Under the pieces are notes generated by a model. The model saw only the letters and a list, made by a program, of their open reading frames with translations, was not told the origin of the DNA and made no database searches. 30,146 nucleotides of DNA from positions 1 to 30,146 of the forward strand of contig JBNJGH010000037.1 in assembly GCA_051747585.1 (NCBI GenBank), written 5' to 3'. This DNA is from Candidatus Rifleibacteriota bacterium (GTDB lineage Bacteria; Muiribacteriota; Ozemobacteria; Ozemobacterales; Ozemobacteraceae). Shown here in pieces: positions 25,676-30,146 of the stretch (position 1 is the stretch's first letter; each line of letters begins with the position of its first letter). Made by a program: the position numbers and the translations under genes.

Positions 25676-25902
25676 CTGTCGTTCTTTGATAACAATGGGT
25701 TCAATTATTCTAACCTCGCAGCAGCAATTGTTGCGAAGTATTTGCAGCAATTGTTGATAGCTTTACAAACAGCATAGTTCAGATTTTTTATAATTGAGCC
25801 TTTGTATTTACGCTTAGTCGCGTCCCCGCGCGACTTCACGTATCCTCTCAAAAGATCCTCTCACTTTGCCCCTGGCATTTCAGCCCAGGGGCCTTTTTTT
25901 TT
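25676..25902 (+). ncRNA. Candidate sigma54-dependent sRNA 2 (about 225 nt)
   Basis: Between the sigma54 promoter and a terminator. Long closing stem, twin GCAGCAATTGTTG hairpins, a UCCCC-loop hairpin and twin ATCCTCTCA tracts. Confidence 0.7.
25868..25902 (+). terminator. Intrinsic terminator
   Basis: gcccctgg / ccaggggc stem followed by C and T9. Confidence 0.9.
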
Positions 25903-26029
25903 AGCAATTTGCCAATTTGCCTGCTAATTAGTAAAGGTTTTGCGGGAATAAATCCTCTTAAAATGATAGTATCTAATCTCTATAAAAAGTATTTGTAAAA
26001 AAAAGTTTGTCAATAGAAAGGGATGGCTA

Positions 26030-27457
26030 ATGAAACAGGGGCGCGATCTGACTTCTGGCAGTTTGCTTTTTAATCTTATTGCCATGGCCGTTCCTATAAT
26101 GTTTTCAAACTTCATCCAGGTTTTTTATAATTTAACCGATACTTTTTTCCTCGGCCAGATGGAAAAAGGTTCGACCCAGGCAGTAGCAGTAACGGGTCTG
26201 GCTTTTCCAATGATATTTTTGTTTATTTCACTGGGGCAGGGGCTTGCTGTAGCTACAACAGCTCTGGTTTCCCGCTATAAAGGACGCGGCGACATTGAGC
26301 GCATAAAACATATTCTAGGACAAACCTGGCTGTTAAGTGCATTGTTTTTAAGTTTTTTAGGTTTAATGGTGGCTTTTGGCATTATGCCAATGTTGCGGCT
26401 CATCGATACTCCGGCAGAAATTCTGGACAGGGCTTTTGACTACACCCGTCTTATTTTATCCGGAATCATGATGCTTTTCGTTTTTTTTAATTATCAGAGT
26501 TTTGCGATTGCAATGGGAGATACGATTTCCCCCATGGCGATCAATTGTATCTCGTTGCTGATAAATGTTGTGCTGGATCCGATTTTAATTTACGGGCTGG
26601 GAGGTTTTCCCGAAATGGGAGTTCGTGGAGCAGGCCTGGCAACACTTTTGGCTAGAACCCTTACGGTGGTTATGGCTTCAATTTATATGTACAAAAGATA
26701 CCGAACTTTTATTCCGGGGTTGGCAGATTTCAAACCGGTATTTGGCAGCATCAGGTTGGTGCTTAAAGTGGCAATACCATCTTCGATGGCTCAAACAACG
26801 ACTTCACTGGGTTTTGTAGTAATGCAGGGTTTGGTGAACTCATTCGGAACTACGGTAATGTCTGCGCACGCAATTGGTCATAGATTTGTTTCTTTTATAA
26901 TGATGCCTCCCATGGGCATAAGCAATGCCCTTGCAGGCATAGTTGGGCAAAATCTTGGAGCAGGGCAGCCGGATCGGGCGCGAAAATCATTTTATGTTGC
27001 TATGGGTTTGTCGACTACCATAATGACAATTGGGACTTTCTTTCTTTATTTTAAAGGGAATCTGGTTTCGTCTTTTTTTATCAGCGATCCCGAAGCTGTA
27101 AAGCTTATTAACGAAATGCTTAAGATTAACTCTATTGCGCTTTGGTTTTTTGGCTTTTTGTTTATGTTCTGGGGCGTTTTTAACGGAAGTGGTCACACCA
27201 GGCCGGTTATGTTTGCAGATATTTTAAGATTATGGCTGATTAGATTACCCCTGGCTTACCTGCTTTCGGGCTATTTTTGCAGTAGAGACGGAAATTTGCC
27301 TTTGATTGTTCAGCAATTTTTTAATTCTGCTGCTTCTATTCTGGCTGATAAGCCTTACACTGCGTTGTGGTGGCCCATGATTGTAAGTAATGTGTCTGCT
27401 TCAATTTTTGCTCTTATAATCTACCGAAAAGGTGACTGGGTAGAATTAAAAGAATAA
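26030..27457 (+). CDS. MATE family efflux transporter
   Basis: DLTSG, YNLTDTFFLG, GDTISPM, NVVLDPILIYG..GVRGAGLAT, VGQNLGAG. Confidence 0.96.
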   Translation: MKQGRDLTSGSLLFNLIAMAVPIMFSNFIQVFYNLTDTFFLGQMEKGSTQAVAVTGLAFPMIFLFISLGQGLAVATTALVSRYKGRGDIERIKHILGQTWLLSALFLSFLGLMVAFGIMPMLRLIDTPAEILDRAFDYTRLILSGIMMLFVFFNYQSFAIAMGDTISPMAINCISLLINVVLDPILIYGLGGFPEMGVRGAGLATLLARTLTVVMASIYMYKRYRTFIPGLADFKPVFGSIRLVLKVAIPSSMAQTTTSLGFVVMQGLVNSFGTTVMSAHAIGHRFVSFIMMPPMGISNALAGIVGQNLGAGQPDRARKSFYVAMGLSTTIMTIGTFFLYFKGNLVSSFFISDPEAVKLINEMLKINSIALWFFGFLFMFWGVFNGSGHTRPVMFADILRLWLIRLPLAYLLSGYFCSRDGNLPLIVQQFFNSAASILADKPYTALWWPMIVSNVSASIFALIIYRKGDWVELKE

Positions 27458-27463
27458 CAAAAG

Positions 27464-28717
27464 TTATTTGCTCAATATATGCTCTGATGCTCTTTTACCA
27501 GCAAGCCAGCCGGTAGAAAAGGCAGCTTGAAGATTGTAACCTCCGGTATCTGCGTCAATATCAATTACTTCGCCGGCAAAATATAGATTGTGAACGATTT
27601 TTGATTTCATGGACAAAGGGTCTATTTCAGCAGTGGAAATACCTCCGGCAGTAACTATGGCCTGTGACCATGGGCCGGCTTCGGTTATTTTGAATCTTAA
27701 ATCTTTAATCCAGTTGCGTAGAGCTTTTCTTTTTTCGGCCCTGAATTCTGAGCAGAGATCAGAGGGGTTCAGCTTGCAGGCATTGTAGCACAGCCCTGAT
27801 AAAGAAGCGGGGAATAAACGTTTTAAAAGCATGTCGAGAGTTTTTATACTTTTATCATCAAGATCGCGTAAAATGCGGTTATCCAGCTTTTTATGATCAA
27901 GTGCAGGCTTCAGATCAATCGATACTTCAACTTCTTTGCCTTCTTTGATCGCCGGCACAGCAATACGACTCAGAGTTATTATAAGTGGACCGGCCAGATA
28001 TCCGTCGAGAAATGTCATTTCACCGATGAGACTTTGAACTTTTTTTTCGTTTACCAGTAGTGATGCTTCGATGTTTTTTAACGTCAATCCTTCAAGAGTT
28101 TCTGGTAGCTTTTTAGCAGGTTTCAGGGCGACCAGAGATGGATAAACTTTTTGAATTTTGTGGCCCTGATCTTTTGCCAGTTTGTAGCCATCACCGGTTG
28201 ACCCGGTTAGTGGATATGATTGGCCTCCGGTTGCAATTATAAACGCCCGGGCTTCTATAATTCTATTGTTTGAGGTATGGGCTTTAGTGCAATATTTATT
28301 TTTAGTTTCGAGCTTAACTATTCTGGTATCGGTTAAAATCTTAACCCCTTTTTGGGTGGCCGTTTTTATAAGGCGTCTCGAAATTTCCGGAGCTTTTCCT
28401 GAGGCGGTAAAAACTCTTCCACCCCGTTCATTAACGGTTTTAAGTCCAATTGAATGGATGAAATTCAGCAAATCGGCATTAAAAAATTGCTTAAAAGCAC
28501 TTTTTAAAAATCGGCCCCTGTTATTGAAATGCTGCAAAAAATCTTTATAGTCGGCATTATTGGTTATGTTGCCGCGCCCTTTGCCGGTCAGGCCAAGTTT
28601 AAGTGCCGGTTTTTTCATTGATTCGGCAATAATGCAGTTTATTCCTGCATCGGCAGCTTTGATTGCAGCCATTAAACCGGCAGGGCCGCCGCCGATTATC
28701 AGCAGTTGTGTTTTCAC
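27464..28717 (-). CDS. HI0933/YhiN/BaiN family FAD-dependent oxidoreductase
   Basis: GGGPAG, TGKGRGNITN, ATGGQSYPLTGSTGDGY, VTAGG, GEVIDIDADTGGYNLQAAFSTG. Confidence 0.95.
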   Translation of the reverse strand: MKTQLLIIGGGPAGLMAAIKAADAGINCIIAESMKKPALKLGLTGKGRGNITNNADYKDFLQHFNNRGRFLKSAFKQFFNADLLNFIHSIGLKTVNERGGRVFTASGKAPEISRRLIKTATQKGVKILTDTRIVKLETKNKYCTKAHTSNNRIIEARAFIIATGGQSYPLTGSTGDGYKLAKDQGHKIQKVYPSLVALKPAKKLPETLEGLTLKNIEASLLVNEKKVQSLIGEMTFLDGYLAGPLIITLSRIAVPAIKEGKEVEVSIDLKPALDHKKLDNRILRDLDDKSIKTLDMLLKRLFPASLSGLCYNACKLNPSDLCSEFRAEKRKALRNWIKDLRFKITEAGPWSQAIVTAGGISTAEIDPLSMKSKIVHNLYFAGEVIDIDADTGGYNLQAAFSTGWLAGKRASEHILSK

Positions 28718-29310
28718 TTTTTCCTGACACTGTAGCCAAAATGACCAAGCTTTTTGCCTAATTGATAATAATGCCCGTGGGCGTAACTTATTAATCTGGC
28801 TTTTTCGGTTTGTAACCGGCCCTCTTTATCTATGAGGTTTTTACTGACCTGAATCTGTTTGATTTCTGCCAAAAACATCGAGTGCGAGCCAAGTTCGATT
28901 TCCTGTTTTACTTCACATTCCAGGTTAATCGGGCATTCAACAATCAAAGGGGGGGTTACGGTCAGCGATTTTCCCTGAGTGAGTCCGGTTTCGTGAAACT
29001 TGTTTTTATTACGGCCGGAAATAACCCCGCAGAGATCAGTTTCCCGGGCTATTTGTTTGTCTGGCATGTTAACCACAAATTGACCGCTTTCTTTAATTAA
29101 ATTGTAAGAAAATCTGTCGGGTCGTACAGAAATTGAAAGCATGGGTGGCTCTGAGCATATAGTGCCGGTCCAGGCAATGGTTATGATATTTGCTTTGCCG
29201 TCATTGCCCTGGCAGGTGGCCATAACAGCGGGAACCGGAGAAAGTAGTGTGCCCGGTTTCCAGTTGGTTTTATTTGTTTGCGGATCAATTATTTTTGCTG
29301 ACATAATCAA
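28714..29310 (-). CDS. Flavin reductase-like (flavoredoxin) protein
   Basis: PVPAVM, NIITIAW, ISVRPDRFS, FVVN, ECPINLEC, GSHSMFLAEI. Start may be ATG 29304. Confidence 0.92.
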   Translation of the reverse strand: MIMSAKIIDPQTNKTNWKPGTLLSPVPAVMATCQGNDGKANIITIAWTGTICSEPPMLSISVRPDRFSYNLIKESGQFVVNMPDKQIARETDLCGVISGRNKNKFHETGLTQGKSLTVTPPLIVECPINLECEVKQEIELGSHSMFLAEIKQIQVSKNLIDKEGRLQTEKARLISYAHGHYYQLGKKLGHFGYSVRKK

Positions 29311-29912
29311 GCTTTCTTTGCTTCTTGTTCTTCGCTTTCATAATGAGTAACAAGCCCGAATTTGCTGCCATATTGGGCTAGAATTCGTTTTTTTTCTTCT
29401 TCTTTTATGTCTCTTGACTCATAATCCGGAGCAAAGATCGGAATGCTTTTCGCAGGGTCTGAATGAACCAGAGCGATATACCAGGAGTTAACTCCGCGGT
29501 AAGAATAATGCTTCAAAAATACACCTTCATATTTTTTCAGTTTTTCCTGCCACTCGTTTGCACCTTGCCTGGTAGTTTCAGAATAATTTACCATGCCATT
29601 GTCTATTTCAATATTTTTGCGGTAGGCTCTCCGGTTCATATAAAGCTTGTAAAAGCTGAAAAGACTGAACACGCTGATTGCAATACAAACAATCGCTATA
29701 GTTTTGTAATATCCGGGTATTGTCGGGTCGTCTTGGACCATATAAATCAGTTTTAAAGAAAGAGCCAGCACCCAGAACATCGATAAAACAGCGACAATGC
29801 CTGATAAATAAAAGAAAACCGCGGTTTTGGGAGGAAAATCAAGCCCCTTTTCGGTAAGCTTCATCGGAAATTCTTCGTTTTCTGCTGTCTGCCAGTTAAG
29901 TTCATTTTGCAT
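29307..29912 (-). CDS. Hypothetical membrane protein (two TM segments plus a soluble domain)
   Basis: 201-aa ORF with AAGGT SD, two hydrophobic helices, coupled to the downstream gene. Confidence 0.75.
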   Translation of the reverse strand: MQNELNWQTAENEEFPMKLTEKGLDFPPKTAVFFYLSGIVAVLSMFWVLALSLKLIYMVQDDPTIPGYYKTIAIVCIAISVFSLFSFYKLYMNRRAYRKNIEIDNGMVNYSETTRQGANEWQEKLKKYEGVFLKHYSYRGVNSWYIALVHSDPAKSIPIFAPDYESRDIKEEEKKRILAQYGSKFGLVTHYESEEQEAKKA

Positions 29913-30008
29913 AATTAATTTTTACCTTTTTAAATTCAGGGCAATTATAAGGTTAAAACCAACAAAAGTCTAATTTTAATCAGTAATTCAGAAATTCTCG
30001 GTATGCGG

Positions 30009-30064
30009 CTATCAGTTGGTTTCAGAAAAGAAAATTTCTCACACGAAGTCTCAAAGCCACAAAG
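30009..30064. repeat. Dispersed repeat, copy 2
   Basis: ctatcagttggtttcagaaaagaaaatttctcacacgaagtctcaaagccacaaag aligns with 5886-5950. Confidence 0.8.
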
Positions 30065-30146
30065 AGAGAATTAATTAAGCCGGTCGAAGTTTTTAATTGT
30101 GCAATTATTGGAGCTTGCCATTTATCTCAAAAACATAAGCCGCAAA

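Noticed and set aside
25721..25756. Direct repeats as a mini-CRISPR array
   Set aside because: Only two 13-nt repeats with a 10-nt spacer, and no cas genes.
25695..25757. 20-aa ORF MGSIILTSQQQLLRSICSNC in sRNA 2
   Set aside because: No SD, the start codon lies in the closing stem, and the 13-nt repeats are out of frame with each other.
463..29756. Numerous short antisense or nested ORFs in the ORF track
   Set aside because: They overlap well-supported genes and show no motifs or ribosome-binding sites.

Overview
AT-rich bacterial chromosomal window from a diderm organism (it encodes a TonB-dependent receptor, pilin-like proteins and a sigma54 activator). The lineage cannot be established from sequence alone. 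It holds about 25 protein genes, mostly housekeeping or accessory. These include the 3' end of a probable lytic transglycosylase-TPR fusion followed by three atypical pilin-like genes and yggS-yggT, a TPR-gluzincin, a PAS-type sigma54 enhancer-binding protein (bEBP), a CPA2 antiporter, a secreted DUF1704 peptidase, a DoxX/prenyl synthase/menA/NDH-2 cluster, DUF72, a C45 Ntn-hydrolase, a TBDR, xthA, NFACT-R, an EF-hand protein, an S9 peptidase, hslO, MATE and two flavoproteins. I found no rRNA, tRNA, CRISPR array or transposase. The most interesting signal is non-coding. Two gene-free intervals (about 6625-6200 on the minus strand and about 25676-25902 on the plus strand) each run from a near-consensus sigma54 -24/-12 promoter to a strong intrinsic terminator. 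Both are structured and carry repeated AGC(A/T) motifs and CU-rich anti-Shine-Dalgarno-like tracts. The first sits directly behind the bEBP gene, like cbrB-crcZ. Together they suggest a candidate sigma54-driven sRNA/sponge circuit. Also seen: a candidate Na+-riboswitch-like leader on the antiporter, a nested REP/MITE element and inverted REP-linked segments flanking a two-gene cassette. All family calls come from motif recognition by eye; no searches were run.
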